Shown: positions 31,573-41,970 of the stretch, piece by piece | Layout: the number at the start of each line of letters is the position of its first letter | Position numbering within the stretch: the stretch's first letter is position 1 | Assembly (NCBI RefSeq): GCF_024502345.1 | Contig: NZ_JALDNN010000003.1 | Source: Escherichia coli | Lineage (GTDB): Bacteria > Pseudomonadota > Gammaproteobacteria > Enterobacterales > Enterobacteriaceae | Direction: 5' to 3' (one strand) | Length of the DNA: 64,000 bases | Program-made: the position numbers and the translations under genes | Notes under the pieces: generated by a model | What the model was told of the DNA's origin: nothing | The model's database searches: none | The model's input: the letters and a program-made list of their open reading frames with translations, nothing else

Positions 31573-32376
31573 TTATATTTTACTTAATGAATTATTTACA
31601 ATCCAATCAATTGCGCCAGAGGTGCGAATCCAAGGCTTTATATTATGATTCACATAATAAATGGCTTCATCCATTCCACCTAACGTGATATATCCACTGT
31701 TAGACTTGATCTGTAATCTGCACTTCGATAACAAGCCGGGGATGTGTCTATTAGAATCAATCGCAGCTTTAGCGATATCATCGGCATCCGGGGATGACTG
31801 TCGGTAGGCGAGTAGGGCGCGTGTATACTGAAAAAACGAACGCATATCCCCAGGATAATCGTCCAGTAGCAAGGCCAGATCATCCACCATTTCAAGCTCA
31901 AGGTAATAGTTCGCTAATAAATGACGAATCCCCTGGTTATCGTTCGGGTTGAGCTTCAGCATTTCGCGGCTATGAGCCATAGCCGGATAAAAATTACCAG
32001 ACTCCCATAAGGCCTCAGCCAAAGCTGCTTTTGCTCTCATATATGGACGTGTTTCGACAAATCCCCAGAAACGTCCTGCGAACTCCTGAAAATCCTCGCC
32101 AAGTGCAATGCTGGCTGCGTACAAAGCAGTCTCCAGCTTCCCGATTTTTGACTCAGGAGGTTCTTGAGATATCTCGCAGTAGAATGAGTATGCGTCAGCA
32201 CAGAGCGGGGATTTCTTGATAGCTTTTCTGATGAGTTTCAGCACAACTTCCAGGTCATCATTTTCCCAGGCATCGAACATGAACTCCTGAGCCGCAACCA
32301 GATCTAGATGTAATTGCTCAGAGCTGACAGCAGTTTTATACAAATCAACGCGCTTTGTAGTCGGGAATTTAATCAT
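31573..32376 (-). CDS. candidate defence operon gene A: helical-repeat (TPR-like) protein (267 aa)
   Basis: Alpha-helical repeat character (AMAHSREMLKLNPNDNQGIRHLLANYYLELEMVDD); 13 bp upstream of gene B. Confidence 0.55.
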   Translation of the reverse strand: MIKFPTTKRVDLYKTAVSSEQLHLDLVAAQEFMFDAWENDDLEVVLKLIRKAIKKSPLCADAYSFYCEISQEPPESKIGKLETALYAASIALGEDFQEFAGRFWGFVETRPYMRAKAALAEALWESGNFYPAMAHSREMLKLNPNDNQGIRHLLANYYLELEMVDDLALLLDDYPGDMRSFFQYTRALLAYRQSSPDADDIAKAAIDSNRHIPGLLSKCRLQIKSNSGYITLGGMDEAIYYVNHNIKPWIRTSGAIDWIVNNSLSKI

Positions 32377-32434
32377 CTCAAGTATCCTTTTGGGGACTCA
32401 CTGTTCCGGTACTTTGCAGCACTGATGGTCGATT

Positions 32435-33793
32435 CTATCGCTTTGAACTTGCCACAAACAAGCTCGGGTCTGCCAGAACGGGATTGATAGCCCGGAGCTG
32501 TTCCTGGATGCGCACCTGAGCCTTACGGCTGGGCGATTTTTTGCTTCGTTCCCGTTTGCCTTCGCTTTCCCGCTCATCCTGTTTTACCTGAGCCAGTCGG
32601 AGTACAGTCCCGAGACGTTTGTTATCAACAATCTGCCCCTGGTCGACACAGGCCAGCTTATCAAATGCCTGGCACTTAAGGCTCCGGTGCCCATAGAGGA
32701 AGGCGAGGGTGCCATCGGGATAATCCAGTACTTTAATTTTTTCACCGGCAAGACGGCTATTTTCTTCTGTGGTGTCCATGAGATAAAGGATCTTATCGTA
32801 CTGGAAGGTCAGTGATTTCGACACGGTACGAACATCATGCCAGGCAAAGATGTCTCTTAATTCATCGGGGCTTTCCTGCACCGGACGATGCAAATCTTTG
32901 GGGAACTTAGCCGGTCGTGAAAACCGGCTGTTAAAGTCAGCGATGAAAGTGGCAAGCCAGGCATTTGCGGCCTCAATGCCGGTTATACCTTCCAGACGCA
33001 TTTCTTTGATCAGCCGATCCTGAAGTGTCTGATTCGCACGTTCCACGCGGCCTTTAGCTTCAGAGCTGTTGGCACAAATAAGCTCGATTGCCAGGTCATA
33101 AAGCACACGTCCGAACTGGGTAACGGTGGTATTGCGTTTCTCCGGACCACTGACGCGAAATATTGCGTGTTTGTCACTGTACAGCGATACCGGCTTCCCA
33201 TGCTGCTCGATGTATTCCCGGGTTGCCAGCATGTAGTCAAAGGCTGTTTCTGACTCGCTGAACCGCAAATGCATCAGACGCCCGGTGGCATCATCGATAA
33301 AGACCAGCAGGCAGCATTTTGGCGCACGGCCTTCAAACCAGTCATGGTGGGAGCCGTCGATCTGGATAAGTTCACCCAGACAATCACGCCGATGTCGGGG
33401 TTGATAAACCCGTGACTTACGGCGAGCATGCGGGACCCAGAGTCCGTCAGACGTCATCCAGTTGCGGACGGTCTCGATTGAAAGCCGGATATTATGGCGC
33501 TCTCTGAGTTTTTCTGCGGCCAGTGTGGGCCCAAAGTCACTGTAGTTTTCACGTATCAGCGTGAGTACTCGTAGTTTGAGAGATTCGGTCAACCGGCGGT
33601 TGCTGGGCTGGCCGCGTTTGCGGCTGACAAGTCCTTCAGCACCAGAAACTCGGTAACGATTGATAAGTCGTTGCGCCTGACGTTCTGAAATGCCAAGCTG
33701 TGATGCTGCATCACGACGGCGTAGACGCTTTTCACAAACTGCCTGTATCACCGGTAGGCGGTGGATCTCTTTATCTGACATGGTCACCAACAT
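32435..33793 (-). CDS. DDE transposase (integrase-core type, ISNCY/IS1202-like; family tentative)
   Basis: 452 aa; same architecture as 27083-28486 protein but clearly a different sequence (LGISERQAQRLI...IQIDGSHHDWF...). Confidence 0.8.
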   Translation of the reverse strand: MLVTMSDKEIHRLPVIQAVCEKRLRRRDAASQLGISERQAQRLINRYRVSGAEGLVSRKRGQPSNRRLTESLKLRVLTLIRENYSDFGPTLAAEKLRERHNIRLSIETVRNWMTSDGLWVPHARRKSRVYQPRHRRDCLGELIQIDGSHHDWFEGRAPKCCLLVFIDDATGRLMHLRFSESETAFDYMLATREYIEQHGKPVSLYSDKHAIFRVSGPEKRNTTVTQFGRVLYDLAIELICANSSEAKGRVERANQTLQDRLIKEMRLEGITGIEAANAWLATFIADFNSRFSRPAKFPKDLHRPVQESPDELRDIFAWHDVRTVSKSLTFQYDKILYLMDTTEENSRLAGEKIKVLDYPDGTLAFLYGHRSLKCQAFDKLACVDQGQIVDNKRLGTVLRLAQVKQDERESEGKRERSKKSPSRKAQVRIQEQLRAINPVLADPSLFVASSKR

Positions 33794-34053
33794 GCGTTGA
33801 GTCCCTTAGAATTGCATTCAGTTTAGCTTACTCTAAGGTGACGTTTCTATCTGGATAAAAAGTGACATTACTAAATGGTTCTAACAATCTTGGTGCGCAT
33901 AACAAAGATTATGTTAAATATGGTGGGTTTGCTCTTAAGTTCATGAGTCCCTCTCTTTCAGGAACTTACCGATGAATCAGTCAGTTGCCAAAGTTTAGTT
34001 GTGGACTTACGATGACTTCATAACACAAAAATTACGGGGCATCCGCTAAGTTC

Positions 34054-35577
34054 ATGGCATATACCATCTTACATTTATCGAGGAACAACCAGAGAACTCA
34101 TCTCATAGTTGATGATGTGACTACCCTACCGGTCATGTTCGCCACAATTTATGGAATGAATGAACTGAGCAAGAAAAGCCTAGGGACTCAAGAAAACATT
34201 TTGTGTTCGCTGCGTTTCTTTTACGTCTATTACTATAAGAAGCATAAACAAACATTTGACTACGATTTCTATCGGTCTGGCTACAATATCTCCTGTTTTA
34301 TCAGGGAGCTTGATGGCTTCTTTACTTATCTGCTCGGGAAGCAGCACCTGAGTGACGAGACCGACATAATCTCTAACGGGTTTTTACATTCGGCACTCTC
34401 CAGAACCAACAAGTCCACCTATGGTAACCACGTCAGAAACGTTGGCCGATTCCTTAAGTATCTCAACTATAGATATATGAATCTGGCATACCAAGATATG
34501 TCACCTACTGAAGCTCACCAGATTAACCAGGCGAACCATAGAGATCTCGCTGCCAGAATTAAGGTCTTCAATAGAGTTGAAGTATCCAGGAACGAACCAG
34601 CTCACCGATACAAAAGTATCACCAGCCAGCAAAGTATCGAACTAACGAACATGTTAATCCCCTCCACTCCTGAATTTTCAGATATCGAGACCGGCGAACT
34701 ATTCACGGCCGTGGTTAATCCCCAAAACCCATTCGATTCAGGATTTCAACAATACCGTAACTACCTTATTCACCGGTTAATGTTTAACTATGGCTTACGT
34801 GTTGGTGAAGTTCAATTGTTGATGAAGGATTGCGTGGGGCCAACCCTTCCAGACTCACGAGGTAACATTCGTTTCATCCTGATTGTACAAAATCTACCAG
34901 ATGATGTAGTTGACCCAAGGAAACAACAACCTTCACTCAAGACTGAGCATTCACAGCGACAAATCGAACTAACCGAAGATGACTTCATTATGTTTACCAT
35001 TTATATGGAGCAATATCGGTCCCCATTATTTGAAGAGAAAAAAATTGTTGACCATGAGTTTGTTTTTATTAAAGGCTCAGGTAGGTTAACTCCATTAACT
35101 TACGATGCAATTCGAACATTTTATAAGGAAAAAATTGATCCGGCATTCATTGCCCTATTCCCTCATTATCGTACGAAAAGTAATAAAAATATTAATAATA
35201 TGGTTAATATAACACCACACGTTGGGCGGCATACTTGGGCTAATATCACTCTTGAGTTTATTTACAATAGTCTCCTGAGTGAATCACTAATACTGGCGCA
35301 AGACTATGGTATTCGAGCAAGGATGAATGGAGTACTTGAACCAGCTATTGAACAACTTCGTGCTTTAGGCGGCTGGTCACTGACCAGTAAAGTTCCATTA
35401 AGATATGCCAAGCGGTTTATTGAAGTGGTGAGTAACCAGAGCAACTATAAGCGTACGAAACATTCAGATATGCATTTAGCTTCCCCAGAAACAAACATTT
35501 CGCAAAGAAAAACCTCCAACTTGCTAGAAGATAATGTTTATGACGAAGACTTCACATTCAAAGATCTATTCAACTGA
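34054..35577 (+). CDS. tyrosine recombinase (phage-integrase family), trio gene 1
   Basis: C-terminal catalytic block HVGRHTWANITL...LGGWS...RYA (R..H..R..Y pattern); AT-rich. Confidence 0.7.
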   Translation: MAYTILHLSRNNQRTHLIVDDVTTLPVMFATIYGMNELSKKSLGTQENILCSLRFFYVYYYKKHKQTFDYDFYRSGYNISCFIRELDGFFTYLLGKQHLSDETDIISNGFLHSALSRTNKSTYGNHVRNVGRFLKYLNYRYMNLAYQDMSPTEAHQINQANHRDLAARIKVFNRVEVSRNEPAHRYKSITSQQSIELTNMLIPSTPEFSDIETGELFTAVVNPQNPFDSGFQQYRNYLIHRLMFNYGLRVGEVQLLMKDCVGPTLPDSRGNIRFILIVQNLPDDVVDPRKQQPSLKTEHSQRQIELTEDDFIMFTIYMEQYRSPLFEEKKIVDHEFVFIKGSGRLTPLTYDAIRTFYKEKIDPAFIALFPHYRTKSNKNINNMVNITPHVGRHTWANITLEFIYNSLLSESLILAQDYGIRARMNGVLEPAIEQLRALGGWSLTSKVPLRYAKRFIEVVSNQSNYKRTKHSDMHLASPETNISQRKTSNLLEDNVYDEDFTFKDLFN

Positions 35578-37210
35578 GAGCGGTATCACCGGGGGTGGTT
35601 TTTTTAAAACCCATCCCCTTCACTTTACAAAAGAACAGCTTGAATGGATTGAAAATATTCAGCTCCCTAAACGATTGTTTTTAATAAGTGCAACAGAATT
35701 TGATGACCGATATTTATATCTACATGATGATTGGCGTTACAGATTCTCAGGTAATAATTTGGCTATATTATTCTCTACTGGTAAATACTTTTGTGATTTA
35801 TCACCAGTTTCACTCAAGCTCTTGAAATACTTAACGATCGCGTACATTAATGAGAACTCGGCAAGTGTTGCTGATAAATTTGCTCAGTTTGTCGCAACAA
35901 CTTTCAAACAAATTGAGGTTATCACTCGCGAAAGCCTTATTGAAAAAATGCAAATGCTAGTTGCGAAGACTGAGCGAAATCACTCAGACAGCAGTCAGTT
36001 CTATTACACCCTCTATGCATTACGAAAACTTGATCGTAATGGATTCTTCGAAAGTAAGGATGACAGTGATGAGCTGGAAGATCTATTGCTGGAAGTGCCA
36101 CGCCCTAGGAACAATAACTGGGCTCGCTACCAAAACCTAGACCTCGTTATACCAGAAGAAGTATGCCTAATGATAGAAAATGGCATTCAACGTTGGGCAT
36201 CTAAGCTATGTCCAAAAATTGATGTTGAAGAAAATAAAAACATTCATCTGGAAACTGTAAGGAAAACCATTAAAATTGATACATTACGGGACTGCATTAT
36301 TATTGGCATAGTTTATTACATTGGGGCCAGACCTGTACAGATCGGTAAACTTTCCGGAGGCGATTTTATCGTTGATACCGAGAATAAGTACGGGATGCGT
36401 TATTCAGTACTTGTGCCATATGCCAAAAAGTCAAAACTAACTATCGATCGAGTTCGAGTTGCAATTCCGGAAGAACTTGGAAAGTTAATCTTACTGTATA
36501 AGTACCTAGTTGGAATTGGTGATACCGACCCGATGTTTTCCATCATAGTATCTTCAATGAAGATGGTGGAAGCGTCATTAAAGAAAATGCTTTTCAGATT
36601 TTCACCACAAGAGATTCAGGAGGCAGTAAAAAACGATGATTATCAACTACCTGTATATACCGCAAGCCTCTTTCGTCACAACGTTGGTCACTCAATGGCA
36701 ATGAGTGGTGCCAGTGCTCCTGAGATAGCTTATATATTGGGACAATCCTCTTATGTTGTTGCAGATCGATACATTGCAGCCACCCCTGAGCTGGCTGATA
36801 TTCGTGAGGCAGCTTTGGGTCGCAACCCTGTGTTTAAGAACATGATGGCACTCATGTTGACTGGGAATTTAGTTCACAGCAGCGAATGGGAAGGTCGCAA
36901 TGTTGCAGGGTCAATTGGTGGGCAACTTCATTACCATCTCGGTGGATGTAATTATGAAGAAGACATTTGCCCCTTTGCACAGGGTCGTGGATGTTACGGT
37001 TGCCTGTATTTCAAACCATTTATAGATGGAAACCACAAAAAAGTATTTCTTTCGCTGAATGATGAAATCCAAAATGTTCGTGATGTTGCCGATGATGCTG
37101 GCATTTTAAATCATCCACTTCTCAAGGAATTAGTGCGGCGGAAAGAGCATGTAAATCAGGTTATGGCTCGCATTGAAATGGCAAAGGCCGGAGGACTATT
37201 TAATCGATGA
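35534..37210 (+). CDS. tyrosine recombinase, trio gene 2
   Basis: LFRHNVGHSMAMSGASAPEIAYILGQSSYVVADRYIA catalytic block; overlaps gene 1 by 44 nt and gene 3 by 4 nt (ATGA). Confidence 0.7.
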   Translation: MFMTKTSHSKIYSTESGITGGGFFKTHPLHFTKEQLEWIENIQLPKRLFLISATEFDDRYLYLHDDWRYRFSGNNLAILFSTGKYFCDLSPVSLKLLKYLTIAYINENSASVADKFAQFVATTFKQIEVITRESLIEKMQMLVAKTERNHSDSSQFYYTLYALRKLDRNGFFESKDDSDELEDLLLEVPRPRNNNWARYQNLDLVIPEEVCLMIENGIQRWASKLCPKIDVEENKNIHLETVRKTIKIDTLRDCIIIGIVYYIGARPVQIGKLSGGDFIVDTENKYGMRYSVLVPYAKKSKLTIDRVRVAIPEELGKLILLYKYLVGIGDTDPMFSIIVSSMKMVEASLKKMLFRFSPQEIQEAVKNDDYQLPVYTASLFRHNVGHSMAMSGASAPEIAYILGQSSYVVADRYIAATPELADIREAALGRNPVFKNMMALMLTGNLVHSSEWEGRNVAGSIGGQLHYHLGGCNYEEDICPFAQGRGCYGCLYFKPFIDGNHKKVFLSLNDEIQNVRDVADDAGILNHPLLKELVRRKEHVNQVMARIEMAKAGGLFNR

Positions 37211-38355
37211 CTACACAAATAACAATACGTAATAAACAGGCGGATAATCTTCTTATTTATATAGAGAAATATAAAGCAAAATTTGAAGAGCGTCTTGTTG
37301 CCTACAATGCTGTTGGACAACTGGAGTGGAATGCCGGTTCCTGGCGTTTTGGTGAGAAAGGTGTTGCATGGCTTAAAGAAACAAAAGATCGCGGCTTTAA
37401 GTGGGACGAAGTTTCTAGTCGTATTAAGGGGCTCTCACAAATGAATATTTCTTCGGAATTTCAGGATTTTATGCGAGCTTATCACATGCATCTGGTGTGT
37501 ATCATTGGCGGATTACCATCAGGTTCTACACTAGACAAACCATTACAGGTCATGAAGCGCTGGTATTGGGAAATGGTAAATAAAACAGGTCAAACGCATC
37601 CAATGTATCTGACTTCCGATATTATTCATGCAGCGATGGAGCGGCATCATGAGAATTCTGACAGTCCTGATAATGTCAGTGACTATTGCGATATTGCAGT
37701 AAAGGCCATTGCTTTACTACGTCAATATGATCTTTTCTTAGTTAATATTGAAGTCAAAAATAAGTATCCTTATCGAAATGGTTCTAACAGCACTAAAGAA
37801 AGGAAGAAAGCGCAAGAAGCCACCCCTGATCAAACTGATGATGAAAGACTCATATCAATCCGTGCATTTATGTGTGTTATTGAGTTGATCGCTTTAGCTG
37901 AGAATAGTTATCAGCGTATCTTTTACAATATGTTGTTACTCACAATTATTTGCGGTTTCCGTTTCCAGGAAATAATGTTGCTGAAAATGACTTCTTTGGT
38001 TAAGCGAGAAATTACGGATAAAGATAAACGTCAGCACGCAATAGATCAAGACTGGCCTACTTACAGGTTGGGTATTGAGTATCTTGGTGCAAAAAAGGCT
38101 GGATGGCGGATCCATTGGCTGGCGCCAAGCACTTATTCTGTCGTTGAGATGATTTATAAATCTGTTCGAGAATTGACCTCTGGGTTCCGTAAAACGATTC
38201 AGGGCTTCAGAGATTCTAATTTCACTAATATGCTCCCAGGTAAGATCGCTGATTTTCCTGATGAATGGATTGAGCAAAATTATCTTGAAGACATCATGTT
38301 TAGTGGTTCTGGTGGCTCCAGGAATGATCTTGGAAAGAGTATTCGGAATTCCATT
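37207..38355 (+). pseudogene. trio gene 3, 3'-truncated by IS903 (ORF-track stop at 38370 lies inside IS903 IR)
   Basis: Reading frame runs straight into IS903 terminal repeat; no native C-terminus or catalytic block present. Confidence 0.6.
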
Positions 38356-39412
38356 GGCTTTGTTGAATAAATCAGATTTCGGGTAAGTCTCCCCCGTAGC
38401 GGGTTGTGTTTTCAGGCAATACGCACGCTTTCAGGCATACCTGCTTTCGTCATTTTGTTCAGCGCTCGTACCAGGGCCATAGCCTCTGCAACCTGACCAT
38501 CGTAGTCACGCAGTGTCAGTGAACCCCCGAACAGCTGTTTTACCCGGTACATCGCCGTTTCCGCTATCGAGCGACGGTTGTAATCTGTTGTCCATTTCCA
38601 CCGCGCATTACTCCCGGTCATTCGCTGATTAGCCACTGCACGGTTACGGTCTGCATATTCACCGGGCCAGTAACCCGCACCTTTTCGGGGAGGGATAAGC
38701 GCGCTGATTTTCTTACGCCGCAGTTCATCGTGACATAGCCGGGTATCGTAAGCGCCATCGGCGGCGGCTGACCTGATTTTCCGGTGGGTTTGCCGGATTA
38801 ACCCGGGGAAGGCCTCTGAGTCCGTAACGTTGTTCAGCGACAGGTCAGCGCAGATGATTTCATGTGTTTTACTGTCAACGGCGAGATGCAGCTTACGCCA
38901 GATACGGCGGCGTTCCTGGCCATGCTTTTTGACTTTCCACTCGCCTTCACCGAAGACCTTCAGCCCGGTGGAATCAATTACCAGGTGTGCGATTTCACCC
39001 CGGGTGGGCGTTTTGAAACTGACATTAACCGACTTTGCCCGCCTGCTGACACAGCTGTAATCCGGGCAGCGTAGCGGAACGTTCATCAGAGAAAAAATGG
39101 AATCAATAAAGCCCTGCGCAGCGCGCAGGGTCAGCCTGAATACGCGTTTAATGACCAGCACAGTCGTGATGGCAAGGTCAGAATAGCGCTGAGGTCTGCC
39201 TCGTGAAGAAGGTGTTGCTGACTCATACCAGGCCTGAATAGCTTCATCATCCAGCCAGAAAGTTATGGAGCCACGGTTGATGAGGGCTTTATTGTAGGTG
39301 GGCCAGTTGGTGATTTTGAACTTTTGCTTTGCCACGGAACGGTCTGCGTTGTCGGGAAGATACGTGATCTGATCCTTCAACTCAGCAAAAGTTCGATTTA
39401 TTCAACAAAGCC
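38356..39412 (-). mobile_element. IS903-like element (IS5 family), 1057 bp
   Basis: 18-bp terminal IRs GGCTTTGTTGAATAAATC at both ends; no flanking 9-bp duplication (AATTCCATT vs GATTTTGGA). Confidence 0.9.
38412..39335 (-). CDS. IS903 transposase
   Basis: (V)AKQKFKITNWPTYNKALINRGSITFWLDDEAIQAWYES... about 307 aa; GTG start at 39335 (ORF track ATG at 39380). Confidence 0.9.
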   Translation of the reverse strand: MAKQKFKITNWPTYNKALINRGSITFWLDDEAIQAWYESATPSSRGRPQRYSDLAITTVLVIKRVFRLTLRAAQGFIDSIFSLMNVPLRCPDYSCVSRRAKSVNVSFKTPTRGEIAHLVIDSTGLKVFGEGEWKVKKHGQERRRIWRKLHLAVDSKTHEIICADLSLNNVTDSEAFPGLIRQTHRKIRSAAADGAYDTRLCHDELRRKKISALIPPRKGAGYWPGEYADRNRAVANQRMTGSNARWKWTTDYNRRSIAETAMYRVKQLFGGSLTLRDYDGQVAEAMALVRALNKMTKAGMPESVRIA

Positions 39413-39562
39413 GATTTTGGAATTTCCCCTACCATAATCTGGTAGCTACACATTCACTCGCAGAGATTAATCGCTTTAACATAATTAGTGCCAGCACTGA
39501 GTCCTTTAAAATTATAAATCCATGTTCTATCCATAACGTCGTGCCATTGCTCCTTTCGGTGT

Positions 39563-39844
39563 TCACTGCAAACGGGAGCAGGAATTCCGTTGCAGTTCTT
39601 CGGCCGCCTGCTGTTGCAGCACGACCATCACTCTGCTGAGCATTGTCAGCGCCTGGGAAGGGGAACCGCCAAACGTCAATTTGATTTCGTTGGTGGTGTG
39701 GTGCTGTTCCAGGTCGAGAATATTTACTTCCACGTCTGCGCCCTTCTCATCCTTAGCCGTACAATGAATGCTGACCCGGGTCACCGGGTCCTTAACTGTC
39801 TGCAATGGTTTCTTCGTGCTGATGTTGATTGCGGTATTCTTCAT
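39563..39844 (-). CDS. hypothetical protein (93 aa)
   Basis: ORF downstream of ParB-like gene; no family recognised. Confidence 0.4.
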   Translation of the reverse strand: MKNTAINISTKKPLQTVKDPVTRVSIHCTAKDEKGADVEVNILDLEQHHTTNEIKLTFGGSPSQALTMLSRVMVVLQQQAAEELQRNSCSRLQ

Positions 39845-39909
39845 TGCCCTGTTTCTCCTTGACCAGTGGTGGTAACCGACCCTACCGGGTGGCGGGGTCA
39901 GTCAGGAAA

Positions 39910-41115
39910 TCATGCCTGGCCCTTGTTCTGCTTTTCAGCATGTTTACGCAGGTACTGCGTCAGATCGCCGTGAGCTTCACAAATGGCATTCATCTCGTCA
40001 TTGGTCAGCACCAGAGTGTAAGTATCGTCGCTGAGGTTCTTAGCGGCCCGTTGTTTAGCTTCTTCCGCAATACGCGAAAACAGCGGGATTGCCGTGTCCG
40101 CAATCGTCGTCACGGTCTTTTTGTTCAGTACGCTGGAGACCGACACAGCTTTAGGCTCTGGCGTTTTGACCGGGTCTTTCATCTGCGGTGCCGGGGTCCT
40201 TTCCGGGGTCGGCTCCGGGTTAGTGCCCGCACTCCCGTCCACCAGCTGCGGTGGGGTGGTCTCATCGTTAGTACCTTCGCCGGACGTTTGTTCAGTCACG
40301 GTGGTTTCCGGGGGGGTCGCATTTGCGTCCGGCACGATGGCTGCTTTCGGCTTCATCGCTGCATCAATGTTGCCAGCTTTGACGAATTTCAGGGTTTTGG
40401 CCGTCGCCTTACCATAAACATCAATGGCTTTGGTGATGTTGTTGACCGCTTCATCGCCGCTGTAAAGGTATTCATCCAGCGCGACATACATACTCACTTC
40501 ACCCTTCACCAACATGGCCTGGAGGGCTTCAGGCAGATCCAGGACGCGAACCATCTGACGCAGGTGCTGTTCGGTTTTACCGCGACGCTTCGCCAGTTCA
40601 GCGAACGTTTTGGGTTCTTCCGCGTCTTCAACCATCCGTTTGATGGAGAGCGCCTCAGCTACGACAGACAGAGCCAGATTTGAGTTACCGTCCAGCGTAA
40701 ACTGCTCGGCACTGGCGCGGCTACCGCGAAACTCCTCGCATCGAATTAACGTGATCAATTCACGCCCTTCATCTGCCAGCTCGATGTTTGCCATCGCGAC
40801 GGCACGGATACGGCATGCTCCCTGGCGCAGGACCGGACGGCCATTCAGAATCTGTACGACAATAGCTTGTACGCTTAAAGGATCGATCTTGTAGGACTCT
40901 TTCAGGCTGTTCAGGTGGGCTACCACGTCAGGTAATGAGTAGTAACTCTCCCCAATGCCAGCAGTACGGGTGTTAAACCCCTCTTCCTCTTCGACCACTG
41001 CCGGGTTAATGACTAGACCATTGCTTTTGCGTGCGCCGTTACCGGTACGCTCCAGGTAGGTGCGCAGGCTGATATCGTTGTTAGCGGTTTTTACATCATT
41101 TTCGACAGTGGACAT
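39910..41115 (-). CDS. ParB/KorB-like DNA-binding protein (orphan, no adjacent ParA)
   Basis: GxxRxRA-type ParB box (RQGACRIRAVA), HTH (KTFAELAKRRGKTEQHLRQMVRVL), low-complexity P/T/E linker; assignment tentative. Confidence 0.5.
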   Translation of the reverse strand: MSTVENDVKTANNDISLRTYLERTGNGARKSNGLVINPAVVEEEEGFNTRTAGIGESYYSLPDVVAHLNSLKESYKIDPLSVQAIVVQILNGRPVLRQGACRIRAVAMANIELADEGRELITLIRCEEFRGSRASAEQFTLDGNSNLALSVVAEALSIKRMVEDAEEPKTFAELAKRRGKTEQHLRQMVRVLDLPEALQAMLVKGEVSMYVALDEYLYSGDEAVNNITKAIDVYGKATAKTLKFVKAGNIDAAMKPKAAIVPDANATPPETTVTEQTSGEGTNDETTPPQLVDGSAGTNPEPTPERTPAPQMKDPVKTPEPKAVSVSSVLNKKTVTTIADTAIPLFSRIAEEAKQRAAKNLSDDTYTLVLTNDEMNAICEAHGDLTQYLRKHAEKQNKGQA

Positions 41116-41204
41116 GGTGCCTTCCTTTTAGTTTTCGTTTAGGGTGTTTGTTCGCTACAAAACAACAATACCAGGTTCGATTCATTTCCTAATAACCTGA
41201 GGCG

Positions 41205-41230
41205 AAAAAAAAGTAACTTTTTTTCCGGGG
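41205..41230. promoter_or_regulatory. palindromic motif copy R0 (AAAGTAACTTT core + TTTTCCGGGGG)
   Basis: about 90 bp upstream of ParB-like gene start; see motif finding. Confidence 0.45.
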
Positions 41231-41324
41231 GTTATAGTACGCGATCCGTCCGTTTTAAATTCTCGCTAAGGAGGGCAAATTTCACTTTAGTGTGAAAAGC
41301 GGGTACATAAAGCAGGAATATGTC

Positions 41325-41348
41325 GAAAAAGTTACTTTCCCGGTTGCC
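41325..41348. promoter_or_regulatory. palindromic motif copy R1 GAAAAAGTTACTTTCCCGGTTGCC
   Basis: 23/24 match (one indel) to copy at 59289-59312. Confidence 0.5.
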
Positions 41349-41875
41349 TGAAAAAATGCCGTTGCAGCAAACACAAGGTGTGAACACCCCCCCCGCCCCG
41401 GCGGCTCCGGGCAAAGGAGTATCCGATGAAGCTTTCCCGGCAGACCACAAATGATACGGCTGTAATCGAAGGCACCCGCAGATTACCGACCATATCGCCT
41501 CCCAGCGAGCCACCGAAGCCAAAAAAGACGGCATGAATTTTAATGCAGGCGTTGAGCTTGCATCTAAAAGGAACTGTGCAACGAGGACAAACATTACCAT
41601 GATTGAACACCGCACAGAGATGCGCCAAACGGCCATTAAATCGCTTCAGGAAGCCGAAGAAGCATTGACGGCACTGGCTATGTCCTATGAGCTACAGCCC
41701 GATGATAAGGCCAGTTCGTGTCATCCACGGACCGGTACTCTCTCCACGGCCAGCCAGGTACGGAAATTGCGCCGTGTCGTCGAAAAGCAGAAAACTTGAA
41801 ATTCGACAAGGCGGCGGGTAGCTATTTCCTGCATGTACAAACTAACAAGGGTTTAGCCGACGATAGAAAGGAAAA

Positions 41876-41907
41876 AAGGGTTTCCCCGACCGGAGAAACC
41901 CTTTTCT
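41876..41907 (+). terminator. rho-independent-type hairpin (GGGTTTC...GAAACCC + T-run)
   Basis: AAGGGTTTCCCCGACCGGAGAAACCCTTTTCT. Confidence 0.45.
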
Positions 41908-41944
41908 AAAGGTGCCATTAGCTTGCTGGCCCACATTCTGAAAT

Positions 41945-41964
41945 GAGGGGGGTCGCCCCCCCTC
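41945..41964. terminator. G/C-rich perfect hairpin GAGGGGGG-TCG-CCCCCCTC just downstream of hok
   Basis: Read directly; 6 bp from hok stop codon. Confidence 0.4.
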
Positions 41965-41970
41965 TTTCAG

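Noticed and set aside
41171-41190. tRNA-like T-arm sequence GGTTCGATTC
   Set aside because: No acceptor stem, anticodon arm or CCA context; surrounding sequence does not fold as a tRNA. No tRNA or rRNA found anywhere in the window.
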